A stretch of DNA of 64,000 nucleotides from Malacoraja senta (lineage: Eukaryota). The notes beneath the pieces are model-generated. The model did not search any database and was not told the DNA's origin. It was given only the letters and a program-made list of their open reading frames with translations. The stretch lies in contig CM075997.1 in NCBI GenBank assembly GCA_038087875.1, forward strand, positions 3,102,001-3,166,000. Direction: 5' to 3'. Position numbers and translations under genes: made by a program. Shown in pieces: positions 13,457-27,754 of the stretch; the first letter of the stretch is position 1, and every line of letters begins with the position of its first letter.

Positions 13457-14738
13457 AGACACAAAATGCTGGAGTAACTCAGCGGGACAGGCAGCATCTG
13501 TGGAGGGAAGGAATGGGTGACGTTTCAGGTCGAGACCCTTCCTCAGACATGTGCAGTGATGCAGATGAAACATTTACTCTCCATCCCAATCTGCTGACTC
13601 AATGTCAATGACCCTCCAGCGTCTTTGCCAATATTCCTCCTTCTACCCCAATCAGTTAAGCAGAATAGCCTGGTCACTGCCACTTGATTATTTTTCTGTG
13701 CACACAGGTTTCATTTGCTTACAAGTGGCCACAGCTCAATTTCATGATCAAGATGACCATAGGATTTGAAAGGTGCATTGCAAATGTTCATCTTCCTTTG
13801 TCGTTCTCAAAAGAAAATCAGCTGTGCCACATCCAAATGTATAGCTCCTACTTAACAAAATAAATCTCCAACTGACTTAACTCCAAACGGATAGAGAAGA
13901 AACTGTGTACTGATTTGAAATGGTGCTTTCAGAGACAGCACAGCAGTGTTTAAGAATGAATCTGTGCCAAAGCCATGGAACTCAGTGTCAATTCTAACAC
14001 ATTGTTAGAAAACACCAGATTTTCTAATTCAGGGAAAGGCTTTTACCCTCCATCTACCCACCAGATCAGTCAATCCTTTCAATTCCACTGCTGTCAATGA
14101 TCACAGAAGTTCACAAAATACACAGTTTCCACAGCATTGATTAGAAAAAAGGCAGCATATGACTAAATTAAAGGTGCTATCTACAAGACACATGCCTATT
14201 CACAAAACAAGCTGCTCACTACTGTTCCAAATTTGCCCAGACATTAAGACTTAAACTTTTTCATCTAACAAGAGGACTTGTTTTTCCCCTCTATGTTTTG
14301 ACGTGACAATTGGTAATTGGTTAGGGTCCAGGAGGAAACACAAATGTAGTGGTACAGGCAGATTCAATTGTAGCATTTAAAAGGAAGCCCGATTAAATAT
14401 CTAAAAGGAAACAATCTACAGCTCTGTGGGGAGATGGAAGATGGGTCTAACTGGCTACATTGTAGAAACAGTAGAGACTCAATGGCCTCCTTCAGCACGA
14501 CAAGCAGTTTATGGATTCTGAGAATAGAATCAGTTGCATTAAAAGATTTGCATTTATAGGGCACCATTCAGGAAGACACCCCCCCTAAAAATGTTTTATA
14601 CCCAATCAAGTATTTTGTTTACAACCGTCACTCTCATGCTGCCACAAGATGGATAGATCGCCTACTCTCCTTTAAAAGAGCATCCTAGAAACGTTTACAA
14701 TATCATTGAACACAGATGACTTAACACTTCAAAAAGTG

Positions 14739-15053
14739 TGTGGACAAAAATGCTGGAGAAACTCAGCAGGTGAGGCAGCATCTATGGAGCGAAGGAAATA
14801 GGCGAAGTTTCGGGTCGAGACCCTTCTTCAGACTGGGTTACACCTCCACCCCCACCCCCCCACCAGGAGGGTCTTTCAGACATGGTTACACCTCCATCCC
14901 CCACCAGGAGGGTCTTAAAGCCCTCCGTTTCTTCCTCGACCACAGAACCAACCAATTCCCGTCTACTGATACTCTCCTACGCCTAGCGGAGCTGGTCCTT
15001 ACCCTTAACAACTTTCCGTTTGACTCCTACCATTAAAAAAAAAAGTACCTCAT
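14739..15053 (+). mobile_element. Penelope-like RT internal fragment fused to an inverted terminal repeat
   Basis: Encodes YTSIPHQEGLKALRFFL...TDTLLRLAELVLTLNNFPFD (PLE RT motif). Flanked by the 14-bp duplication CACTTCAAAAAGTG (14725-14738 and 15054-15067). Confidence 0.75.
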
Positions 15054-18000
15054 CACTTCAAAAAGTGCAGCACTTCTTCAGTTTCAGGTCACTTCTTCTA
15101 TTGGGTTAGGTCATGGTTAGGTCTCCATGATAGGATGTGAACCCATAACTTCTAATTTTGAGGCAGCCATAAGTTAAATTAACTGTCATTAACAGGTGGG
15201 TCATGCAGCACAGAAAGAAGTGCTTTGGCCCACCATCCTCGAAAACCAACAAGCATCCATTAATCCCATTTTAATCTCCATAGATTTGTATCAACTCTCC
15301 AAGAATCTAAAACTCACCTAAACACAGAGGCAACTTATAGTGGTCATTGCTCTGTGGATTGGATTTTCAAATTTTCCAGGACCTGCCAAATATCTGCACA
15401 AGACTCAACCCAACTCCATTTCCAAAACCTACTTTCTTTCATCTCTACAGCATTGCCCTTTCCTCACCACCATTCATGTTTGTCCATTTTCCTTTTTTAA
15501 AGAAGACATATTTGGGTATGACTCGTACATTGGGCCATATTCAAGGCACATTTTTGCAAGTTACTAATGATAATATGTTAAATACAGGTAATTTTGTTAT
15601 AACTCAATAATTGCATTCCCAATAATTGCATTTCTCACGTTATATAAAATTGCATGATAAAAACAATGTTAATGAGAAAAGATGGGTTTGGGTCGATAGT
15701 GTTTTAAACTTTACAATAACAAGGTTACTTTTCCCTGCGGGATTTTCAAAAACAACGGTCTTTTAATAGCTACAAGTTTATTTTTGTTGCAAGCTAAAAA
15801 TACTAAATGCTGAATGTTACTCTGTTTAATACAGTACAAGTGTCAATGGAAGTAATAGCTTGACAATATTCAATGGCTACCCAGGGTGAAAATGGCAGGC
15901 TGTGTTCTTAAAAGACATTACTTACTGATTACTGCAGGGAGGCTACATGGAAAGGTTTTTTGCACCCTAGACTCTCCCCACAACAGCTTTTTTCCTGCTT
16001 GACAATTTCCAAAGTGGCTTTCTACTTCCCGATAAAAATTGTTATGAATAATTCAGCCCACTTAATACAAATATCATTCCCAAATTAATCAAGTGAAGAG
16101 TAATTAATTGTAATAAGCAGGAACCATGAAATTCTTATTTGCTGCAGCTTTGCAGTCACATTAACATGACAACACAACAAATAAATGTACAGTAAACAAT
16201 ATTGCAATAAATTATCAGTTATACTAGGTAACCAGATAATTTATTGTGTTATTGTTAAATTATTGTTTATTGTATTATTGTTCAATTGCATTATATCTAA
16301 TTATCCTTATGGAAACACACATTATGGCAGAATGACCTGTACAAGAGAGCTACATTGGCAGGCTGGCCATAACGTGAAAACTCTTTGAATTCAAGAGAAA
16401 GTGATACATTGGATTGATTCAACGGCAGGGCGCAAAGGATCAAAGATGACAGCTCAATACTTTATCAAATTCCACCAGTAATAGCCAACCAGTCACAAAG
16501 TAGACACTTCACGTAAAGAATAGACGGTGAGTGAGTCGATCCAGCAACCTGCTGATAATTGTGTTGATTCTTCAAGGCTGTCAAGAGCACCCATAAACCA
16601 AGCACGTGTGGGTTACAGATTTTGTGGACTTTGTGCCTTCCCTCACAGTGGGAACCATTGTGGGGGAATGTTTTTATGTTTATTGTTAAATTCTTTAATG
16701 TTGAGTCTTATCTTTATTCGTGTGCTGCATGGCAAGACAAATTTCACTACACCAATTGGTGTATGTGATAATAAATGTCCTTTGTATCCTTGTATCCAGA
16801 TTACATGTGGGTTACAGGTACAGACCTCAGAACGGTCTCGACCTGAAACATCACCCATTCCTCTCCAGAGACGCTGCCTGTCCCGCTGAGTTCCTCCAGC
16901 TTTTTGTGTATGTCCACTTGGATATTGTACTACCTGATGGTATGAACAATGAATTCTCCAAATTGAAGTCATACCCCCCCCTTCTCCCCACCTGGTGTGC
17001 ACACATTTCTCTCTTCATTTCCCACCAATTAGTCATCCTACTTTCCCCTCCTCCGTACACTTATTCCCATCTCAGTGCCCTCCATTTCCCTTATATTCCC
17101 CATCCTTTCTCTTTTATTCCCCCCCCCCCGCCCCCTTTCACCTATATCCCACCCTCTGGCTTTACATTTCACCTCTCCTCATCAGATACTCTTTTGTCTT
17201 CTTTTCATCTCTAGCCTTTAACAATGTGTAAATTCATGAGATAGCCACATAGCCGCTTCCCTGGTCTCACCATGAACTGTTCCAGTCCAGAGCATCAAAC
17301 TTTTTTAAAGCTGCAACATGACTTCCTGATTTATCCAGTCTGATAAAGGCATGCATACCATAAGCCTTCTTTACCACTACATCCACTTGTGCTGCTGCTG
17401 TCAGAGAGCTACGGACATGGTCCCCAAGATCACTCGATACGTCAATACTGTTAAGGGGCATGTTATTAACTGTATACTTGACGCCTACATTTGTCCTTCC
17501 AAAGTGCAACATCTCACACTTTCCCAAATTAAACTCTACCTGCCATTTCTCTGCCCAACTGTTTCTGAAAATAAACCACTCTGTTCTGAGGACACTGATC
17601 TTGCTTGGAACATATAAAGCCCATGAGGAAATATTTTTTTTAATATAGTGATGTGGCAGAGATCCACAACTGGACCAGCAATGGAGTCCAGAGTCGTCAG
17701 AAGAGCAAAAATGGACCAAAATGAACAACAGAAAAGAGTGATGCATAATGTAGTTGATAGTATTCAGCAGGAAATGTTATTGGGAAAACTGTATGCAAAT
17801 ATAAATATTCTTAGAATCAGCCATTATGCATCTTTACTAGGCTTCTAACAGTTACAAAACACATTCACCATTTGTAATAATCCACCATTTCCACTCACTC
17901 TCAGCATAACCCACGTGCCAATATGTACTACACGTCCCACGATTAATGGTCAATACACCTTTAGCTCCTAAAATAATTAGAATTGTACCTGCAAGCCAAT

Positions 18001-20470
18001 TCTAGACTTCTAACCATCCAATTTAAATCATTTACAAAGTAACTGTATAAAGTTACAGTAAACTAAAATTAGGTCTAGGTCAACTGTAAAGGAAGTGGAC
18101 ACCTTACAGAAGGACTATCCTCCTCAGGATAAACACCAATATTTGTTTTAGTCATCTGCCAACTTCCTAATCATACCTGCTACATTTTTATCCAAACTAT
18201 TAACATATGATAAACAGCAGGGGTCCATGCCGATGTGGTACAGTGCTGGTCACAGGCTTCTCATCACAGAGGATATCCTTCATACAACCCTGTGTCACCA
18301 ATTATAAAGTGAACTTGTGGATCGAATTTGCAAATCGTAGGAAGTTCAAGAATCTTGAGCTAATTACAATAAAGGGATAATGATTATATGTAATCTTGGG
18401 TAGATAGTGGATGTTCCCATTGGTCTACAAGCCTGCTGAAGATTCAGGGACATTTTTTTCCCCTAGCTGTTATCAGGCAATTGAATCATCTTCCCAACAA
18501 AGAGAGAGAGACTCTCAGACTAACTTTGATCAGACTTTACCTTGCACTGAACATTATTCATAGTATTCCCATTATCATGTCATTCTACACGGTGGATGTA
18601 ATCATGTATTGTCTCTCCACTGACTGGTCATCACATAACAAAAGCTTTTAACTTTACCTCGCTACACGCACAATAAACTCAACTCAACTCAAGATGCACC
18701 TCCAAACATACTCTTCCAGCAAATTCTGGATTTATTTCCCATCCCACTTTGATCAAATTATTTTCGACAGAGCATCCAAAAGAAACCAAACATTTATTCA
18801 AGATTCAATTTAATTGTCACGTGCACCAATTAAGGTACAGTGAAATTTGAGTTACCGTACAGCCATACTAAGTAAAAAGCAAAAATACACACAGCACATA
18901 AAATAAAGTTTAACATAAACATCCACCACAGTTGAATCAACATTCCTCACTGTGATGGAAGGCAATAAAGTTCAGTCATCTTCCTCCTTTGTTCACCCGT
19001 GGTCGGGGCCTTTGCCGACTGTTCGCTGTTCAAGCCCTCTCGTCGGGATGGATCGGAACACATGGAGCTCCCGAGTCAGCCGTTTCTTACCAGAGACCGC
19101 TGCTTCGTGTTAAGTCCACAGGGTCGGAGCACCAACACTGGCGATCCTCGGCAAAAGATCCCAGGCTCCGCGATGGTAAGTCTGCGCCGCACCCGAGGCT
19201 TGAAGCTTCGGGCCGATCTCCAGGAAAGGCCGCACCACTCCACGTTTTAGGCCGCAAGGGGGGGGGCAGAGATGCGATGGAGGAAAAATTGCATCTCCAT
19301 CAAGGTAAGTGACTAAAAAAGGTTTCCCCCGATCACCCCCCCACCCCCCCCACCCCCGGCGCCCCCCACATAAAACATACCAAGAGACATTAAAACAAAC
19401 ATTCAAGACATACTTAAAATAATAAAAACAGAGAAGGGACAAGACAGACTGCTGGCGGGGCGGCCATTACGGGAGCCACCCGGTGGTTCAATATCTCTAA
19501 TTGGCTTGGAACTTACAACTTGATGCTCTACCAGCTGTTGTATCATGATTTTGTATACAAAATCATGAGAGGAATAGATCGGGTAGATGCACAGTCTTTT
19601 ACTCAGAGTAGGGGAATCGAGGACCAGAGGACATAGGTTCAACGTGAAGGGGAAAAGATTTAATAGGAATCCGAGGAGTAACTTTTTCACACAGAGGGTG
19701 GTGGGTGTATGGAACAAGCTGCCAGAGGAGGTAGTTGAGGCTGGGACTATCCCATCGCTTAAGAAACAGTTAGACAGGTACATGGATAGGACAAGTTTGG
19801 AGGGTTATGGACCAAGTGCAGGCAAGTGGGACTAGTGTAGCTGGGACATTGTTGGCCGGTGTGGGCGAGTTGGGCCGAAGGGCCTGTTTCCATACTGTCA
19901 CTTTATGACTCCATAACTCTATGACTTCATACTGAACACACTTGGGGGAAGCAAGGGAAAAAAATCATTGTCTACCAGTAGGGTCAGTAGGCTTACCAAT
20001 GGCCATGCAGAGCTCTATTTGGGAATAAGGTTAAATTCCAATTGGAGCAATTCGTCTCCCAATACTAGTAGGCTTGCATCAAGCCCACTTAGATAGGCTC
20101 CACTCATGAGTACCTTGACATTGAGAAGCTAGAAGTGTATTTTCAACCTCATCACTGAAGTTAGGAAAACAAATACAATGAACATCACCGGGCTTATATT
20201 GTAACACGAGGAGGGAGAGCACAGATGAACAGATTCACATTAGAGCAACGCAGCAAAGGTGAGCTTTGAACAAATACATAATGGCACCCACAAAGCTATG
20301 TGCTAGCTTGCACAACAAAATGTAAATGAAACACAACCAATCCCCAGCAACCATGCAAACGTTTAATGTCACAATACTACAGTGTGCCTACAGGGCTCAC
20401 ATGCCCACCCTCAGGGAACACTCTATCCTGAACCACATGCCATGGTCTTGATTCAATTTGTTAAGACTAA

Positions 20471-20788
20471 AAGCCCTGTCCCACTGTACCAGTTCATTCA
20501 AGAGCTCTCCCGAGTTTTAAAAAAAATCAAACTCGTGGTAAGCACGTAGAATGAACGTAGCGGGTACGTCGGAGCTCGGGGACGTCTCTTAGCGGCTCGT
20601 AACGCTAATGGCAGGTACTCGGGAAACGCGGTAAGCTCGGGAAGACTCGTGAGATTTTTCAACAAGTTGAAAAATGTCCACGAGAGCCCCGAGTACCTGC
20701 GAGCGGCCATTACTGTAAATCTCCGAGTTCGAATCAGGGCAAAACTCGGGAGAACTCTTGAATGAACTCGTACAGTGGGACAGGGCTA
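20471..20788. mobile_element. MITE with long TIRs (PIF/Harbinger-like termini)
   Basis: AGCCCTGTCCCACTGTACCAGTTCATTCAAGAGCTCTCCCGAGTTT ... AAACTCGGGAGAACTCTTGAATGAACTCGTACAGTGGGACAGGGCT, ~45-bp inverted ends, TAA/TTA flanks, CpG-rich interior. Confidence 0.8.
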
Positions 20789-21399
20789 TTAGTCCATTCC
20801 ACCAAGTCTCATCATAGCTGTAAAAGAGAACAATTTTCAACAATTCTTACCCAGTCAGAATCTTGCTACATTGTAAAGCAGCTTTATAAAATGCACAACA
20901 AATTCAGCAGTGAGTGAGGGCAACAAGGGCCGAGAATATGATGAGGCTCTTATTTTGCTTCCACTTTTAACTGGTCAATGTTTTAAACAGTAGAGCTGGA
21001 TATGCAATACACTGTCCATTTCTGTCTTATTTGAAGAAACCATGCTATGGATTCTGGAAATTATACAATTATTTATAATGAGCTGGCCTGTTCCAAAATG
21101 AGCACTTTGTTGCATATTCGGCCTAAACATAGTACATTTTGAATAGTCAAAGCCATTGGGCTCAAGTTAGGTAGCCAGATATGATGGCCAAGCTGACCCA
21201 GCTACGAGAACTACCAAAACAAATTTGCAGATAGGGCTTTAAACTAACTAGACGGTAGGGGGTGGGTGACTGGATACTTAACAAGTCAAAAATAAATGGG
21301 AATGTAGAACAGGATGATGAAGGGGAGAATGACAAAGTGTGCTGGAATGAAGCAAAAAACATAAGTAAAAGTATGTAGCATATTTAATATGGCACAAGA

Positions 21400-22359
21400 A
21401 ACAATTGTAAGAAAACAGTAAAGCTTAGGTCTCTTCATTTGAATCTACAAAGCATTAACAATTAGATAGATGAGTTGACAGAAGAAATAGACACGAATAT
21501 GATCGAATAGCTGAAATGGAGACATGTTTGCAGGGTGATCAGGACTAGGTGCTCAATATTCCAGGTTTTAAATATTTCAAACGAATAGCCCAAAAGGGAA
21601 CGGAGACAGGTAGATAATGGAAGTGAAATTATTTGAGTGGAGGTTTTGAACAGCAAGGGAAAAAAGACAGGGAGGAATAATCCATACGCCGGCCTCTCCA
21701 AGGGACAAAGGATAAAATAATGGAATATCAAAGTCATGCATGAAGAGAATTGCAGTAAGGATGGAAGAATTTAATTTGCATATTGATTGGGTAAATAAAA
21801 CTGGCAGGGCACTCGGAAGAATTTGAAGAATATGCCAGGGGTTGCTTCGGAGAGCAGTATATTACAAACCTACCTAGAAATCAGCTATTTTAGATTTATT
21901 CATGTGTAACGAGAAAGGATTAATACGAAATGTTGCGTTTAAGGATCCCCTATGAAGTAGTGACAAAAGCACGGTAGAATTTCAGACACAGTTGGAGAGT
22001 GAATGCCCCCAGTCTACAACCCGTATCTTCAACTCAAATAAGGGCAATTACAATCTTGTGAAAGTAGAGCAGTTGGACAGGGTTAGTAAGCTAAGAAATA
22101 GGTCAGTGAGATATTTAAACAACTAATTCTCAGCAGAAACCTATCCCAAATAGAATGGATTCCATGAGAAAAGGCAACCATCTATGGTTAATAAAGGGTG
22201 AGGATAATATTAAATCGCGAAGTAGCAGGGCTTCTGGTAGAACAGAGGATTGGAATATTTTTTAGAAGAGAAAGAGTTTTAAAAAAATTGTGAGAAAGGA
22301 GAGAATTGACTGAGAGAAAACTTGCATGCAATGTCCAAAGAAGCAATAAATGTTTCTAC

Positions 22360-22418
<59 letters not shown>

Positions 22419-23250
22419 AGCTAAAGCTATAGTGGGACCTCCGATGAATGAGGCTGGGAAGTTAATAGCCGGAAAGAAGAAAATGGATGATACACAAAAC
22501 ATTTTCTTTTGCAACGGTCTTCATGGTGGAAGATACTGCAATAATCCCAATAACAGACGAGCTAGTTTCAAAGAGTATGAAAGAACATGAAAATCCCAAT
22601 CATGAGGGTCACGTTATTAGAAACACTGACTGGACCTACAGTAGACACATTGCCAGGACCCATAGGCGTACATCCATAGGTTTTAAAGAGATCTAAAGAT
22701 GCACTGTTGAAATTTTTCAATACTGTGAATTTTGGGACGATACCAGTTGACTGGAAACGGCAAATATGACTCTTCTTCAAGAAGGGAGGAAGTCAAAAGG
22801 TAGGAAACCATATGCCAGTTAGTTTAACATCAATTGATGCAAGATGCTAGCATCAACAATCAAAAAATAATAATCTAAACATTAAGTCAACAGAGCATCA
22901 TGAAAGGTATGTTTAAGAAAGAACTGCAGTGCTGGAAAAATCGAAGGTAGACAAAAATGCTGGAAGGGTCTGAAGAAGGGTCTCAACCCGAAACGTCACC
23001 TATTCCTTCGCTCACCCTCACCCGCTGAGTTCCCGCTGAGTTTCTCCAGCATTTTTGTCTACCTATCATGAAAGGTATATTGTTTTCAACTAATTTGCAA
23101 GTTCTTTGATGATGTAATAAGCAGAGTAGATAGAGGAAAGATGTTGATGTGGTGCATTTGGAATTCCAAATGTATTTGACAAATTGCCATATAAAAGGCT
23201 GGTGCATAAATTAAGAACTCATGGTATTGGAAGAAGTGTTACCATAGACT
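21400..23250 (+). mobile_element. Old CR1 (HER1-like) LINE ORF2 remnant
   Basis: Degenerate endonuclease-to-RT CR1-like sequence, e.g. GACTGGAAACGGCAAATATGACTCTTCTTCAAGAAGGGAGG and AACCATATGCCAGTTAGTTTAACATC. Contains a (TA)n tract and a PLE insertion. Confidence 0.6.
22362..22413. repeat. (TA)n microsatellite
   Basis: About 26 uninterrupted TA/AT units. Confidence 0.95.
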
Positions 23251-23253
23251 GAA

Positions 23254-24700
23254 CATGTTCATCCAAACTCATTTCTAAACTCCAGGACCTAGGAATCAGG
23301 TCTGACACTGTATCTTCTATTTTCTGACCCATGGACCTCAATCAGTGACAGGTGACAAAACTGCCACCACAATAATTTTCAGCATGGGGTGCCCCGCAAG
23401 GATGTGTTCTCAGTCCCCTGCTATATACCCCATACACTCACGACAGTACAGCCAAATTCAGCTCTACTTCCATCTACGAGTTTGCAGACACCACTGTGGT
23501 TGGCCGAATCACGAACAATGACTAGATGAAAATGCAGGAAGGAGATAGAGAACTTAGTGACATGGTGTCAGGACAATAACCTCTCCCTCAATGTCAGCAA
23601 GATGAAGGAGCTTGTTATCGACCTGAAAGCTTGGTGGAGTGCGTATCCCAATCAGCATCAATGTTACCAATGTGGAAATAATTGAGAGCTTCAAGTTACT
23701 TGGCATTAATATTTCCAATAATTTGTCGTGGACCAAACACATTGATGCGACAGCCAAGAAGTCACAATTGCTCCTCCACTTCCTGAAGAGACTGAGAAAT
23801 TCAGCATGTCTCCAATGAATTAGAAAAACTACAAATGCACATAGAAAACACAGTTGGGTTGCTTTGGGAACATGGGTGACGCCAGCAATGGCTGCCTCAC
23901 CAACAGTCAGTCTGTCCCTTCCTTCTTTGTGTGTGTTAAACGTATGTTTTTTAGTGTTCTTTAGCTTGTTTTGCGTGTGTGTGGGGCCGAGTTTTTTCTA
24001 ATCTCTTACATCGACGGAGATACGATTTATTCTGTACCATATCGCCGTCCGCACTGCGGTCTAACATCGTGGAGTTGGCGGCCCGACAGGGGCTTCAACT
24101 GCTGGCTGCAGATGGTTCAACTGCCCCGACCGCAGGAGAATAAATAAGAAGGAGATTGGACTTGATTGCCTTCTATCACAGTGAGGAACATGGGGGATCC
24201 GCTGTGGTGGATGTTTATGTTAACTTTTATGTAGATGTGTGTCTTTTTATTTAGTATGGCTGTAATCTGAATTTCACTGTATCATAATTGGTACATGTGA
24301 CAATAAACTGACCTTGAAACAAGCTCTGCTCAAGACTGCAAGGACTGAAGAAGGGTCTCGACCCGAAACGTCGCCCTTTCATTCTCTCCTGAGATGCTGC
24401 CTCACCTGCTGAGTAACTCCAGCATTTTGTGTCTACCTTCGATTTTAACCAGCATCTGCAGTTCTTTCTTACACAGGAATTGGAGAGAGATGTGGATGGA
24501 GCCCAGTCAACACAGACCAAACTTCCCACCATTGACTCCATCTACACTTCATGCTGCCTCAGAAAAACACTCAACACGAACAAAGACTTATCCTACATCT
24601 GTCATTCCTTCTTCGCCCTGCTTCCATCCAACAGAAGGCACAGAAGCTTGAATACAACTTATTGCCCTCTTATCATCCTTCTGAACCGTCTTTCATAAGC
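23254..24700 (+). mobile_element. Decayed Rex1-type LINE RT fragment with nested insertions
   Basis: GGTGCCCCGCAAGGATGTGTTCTCAGTCCCCTGCTA (GAPQGCVLSPLL), WCQDNNLSLNVSK, and LPTIDSIYTSCC...FFALLPS. Interrupted by other repeats at ~23875-24475. Confidence 0.65.
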
Positions 24701-25904
24701 TAGGGTACTTATTCGATTTATCTCCACTCCATTGAGGACACTGGACTTTGTCTGTGGAACTGATGCGCTACAAAACTGAGATCTATATTCTGCACTCTGT
24801 ATCTTTCCTTTTGCTCTACCTATTATACATGAGTTTGAAGTGATTGTATTTATGTACGGTATATCTGAATTACAATATGTTAGTAAGTAATTGCAGCAAG
24901 TCTTTAAGAGGGCAAATGTCATTTTGGGCTTTATTGCAAAGAGATGGAATTCAGGAAGGGGGGGGGAGGAAGTTTTATTTCAATTGCACAGGATGCAGAC
25001 GAGGCCACACCTGGAGTGCTACGTAGTTCTGGTCTCTTCAACAATGAAATCAGGTCTCACCAAAAAAGTCACCAAAGAAATCTGATCAACTAGGGAAGTG
25101 GGCCGAGGAATAAATTTAACTCTGACGAGTGTGAGGTGATGCATCTTGATACATTAAAGCAAGGCAGGACTGACACAGTACATGGTATTGTAGAGCAGAG
25201 AGATCGAGGGGTACAGGTGCACAGTTTCCTGAAAGCGATCACAGGTGGTAAAAATGACATTTGGCATGCTGGGTTTTATCAGGAAAAGTATTCAGTACAG
25301 GGGTTTGGCTCATCATGCCATAGCCATACAAGGCATTGATGAAACATTTTAAGTATTGTGTGCAGTTATGACACATTTAACATCTACTATAGCACCAAAA
25401 CAGGCCCTTCGCTCCAAACTGTATGCTGACCAAGATGCCCCATCTATCCTAGTCCCACCTGCGTTTATTCCATATCCCTTTAAACCTTTCCTCTCTATGT
25501 ATCGGCCAAAATGTTTTTAAAATGTTGTTATAGTTCTGGTCAGCTAGCTGTAGAAAGATAATCAGAGCTAGAGATTCAAGATTCAAGAGATTTATTGTCA
25601 CATGCACCAATTGATACAGTGGAATTTGGTGTCACCATACAGCCATATGAATAAAAAAAAAGCTAAAAAGACTTACAAAAGGTATTACCAGGACTCAAAG
25701 ACCGGAGTTATGTGGATAGGCTGGAGCAAGGAGGCAGACCTTTATGGAGGTTTAAATATCATGAGAGGCAGAGGTAAAGTGAATTATCAGTCTTTTTCCC
25801 CCAGAGTAGACTCATTTAGGATAGAAGGCATGTTTCAGATGAATGGGGAAAGATTTAAAAGCGACCCAAGGGTCAATTACTTCTTGCCGAGGTTGGTGTA
25901 CGTA

Positions 25905-27524
25905 CAGTGCCCTCCAAAATGTTTGGGACAAAGACCCATCATTTATTTATTTGCCTCTGTACTCCACAATTTGAGATTTGTAATAAAGAAAATCACATGT
26001 GGTTGAAGTGCACATTGTCAGATTTTAATAAAGGCCATTTTTAAACATTTTGGTTTAACCATGTAGAAATTGCAGCAGTGTTTATACATAGTCCCCCCCA
26101 TTTCAGGGCATCATAATGTTTGGGACACAGCAATGTCATGTAAATTAAAGTAGTCATGTTTAGTATTTTGTTGCATATCCTTTGCATGCAATGACTGCTT
26201 CAATGAAGTCTGCGATTCATGGACATCACCAGTTGCTGGGTGTCTTCTCTGGTGATGCCCTGCCAGGCCTCTATTGCAGCCATCTTTAGCTTATGTCTGT
26301 TTTGGGGGCTAGTCCCCTTCAGTTTTCTCTTCAGCATATAAAAGGCATGCTCAATTGGGTTCAGATCACGTAATTGATTTGGCCACTCAAGAATTGACCA
26401 TTTTTTAGCTTTGAAAAACAACTTTGTTGCTTTAGCAGTACGTTTGGGATCATTGTCTTGCTGCAGAATAAACTGCCGGCCAATGAGTTATGAGGCATTT
26501 GTTTGAACATGTAGATAGGATGTGTCTATACACTTCAGAATTCATTATGCTACTACCATCAGCAGTTGTATCATCAATGAAGATAAGTGAGCCAGTACCT
26601 TCAGCAGCCATACATGCCCAGGCCATAACACCCCCACCACCGTGTTTCACAGATGAGGTGATATGCTTTGGATCTTGGGCAGTTCCTTCTCTCCTCCATA
26701 CTTTGCTCTTGCCATCACTCTGATATGTTAATCTTCATCTCATCTATCCACAAGACCCTTTTCCAGAACTGTGGTTGCTCTTTTAAGTATTTATTGGCAA
26801 ACTGTAACCTGGCCATCCTATTTTTGCAGCTCACCAGTGGTTTGCATCTTGCAGTGTATCCTCAGTATTTCTGTTCATGAAGTCTTCTGCGGACAGTGGT
26901 CATTGACAAATCCACACCTGACTCCTGAAGAGTGTTTCTGATCTGTCGGACAGGTGTTTGGGGGATTTTCTGTCATCAGCTGTGGAGGTCTTCCTTGGCC
27001 TGCCAGTCCCTTTGCGATTAGTAAGCTCACCAGTGCTCTCTTTCTTCTTAATGATGTTCCAAACTGTTGATTTTGGTAAGCCTATGGTTTGGCTGATGTC
27101 TCTAACAGTTTTATTCGTGTTTCTCAGTCTCATAATGGCTTCTTTGGCTTTCATAGGCACAACTTTAGTCCTCATGTTGATAAACAGCAATACAAGTTTC
27201 CAAAGGTGATGGAAAGACTGGAGGAAAGACTAGGTGCTGAGAGCTCTCTTATACCTGCATTAAGGAGGCAATTAAACACACCTGAGCAATTACAAACACC
27301 TGTGAAGCCACGTCCCAAACATTATGGTGCCCTGAAATGGGGAGACTATGTATAAACACTGCTGTAATTTCTACAGGGTGAAACCAAAATGTATAAAAAT
27401 GGCCTTAAAATCTGACAATGTGCACTTGAACCACATGTGATATTCTTTATTACAAATCTCAAATTGTGGAGTACAGAGGCAAATAAATGATGGGTCTTTG
27501 TCCCAAACATTATGGAGGGCACTG
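25905..27524 (-). mobile_element. Tc1/mariner (IR-DR type) DNA transposon, full length, transposase disrupted
   Basis: TA|CAGTGCCCTCC...GGAGGGCACTG|TA, with ~220-bp TIRs containing inner direct repeats. Minus-strand fragments include KGTGRPRKTS (paired/AT-hook), VKHGGGGVMAWACM and WPNQLRDLNPIEH (Tc1 catalytic motifs), broken by frameshifts and stops. Inserted into a CR1 3' end. Confidence 0.95.
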
Positions 27525-27754
27525 TATATGGAGCAAGCTGCCAATGGAATCCACAGAGGCGGGTACAACAGTGAAGTTTAAAAGGCATTTAGCCAGGTGC
27601 ATGGATAGGAAAGGTTGAAGGACATGGGCCAATGTAGGCAAAGGGGACTAGCACAGCTATAGTACAGAATGGTGAAAGGCTTGGATATAGTGAATGTGGA
27701 GAGGAGGTTTCCACTAGTGGGAGACTCTAGGACAAGAGGTCCTAGCCTCAGAAT

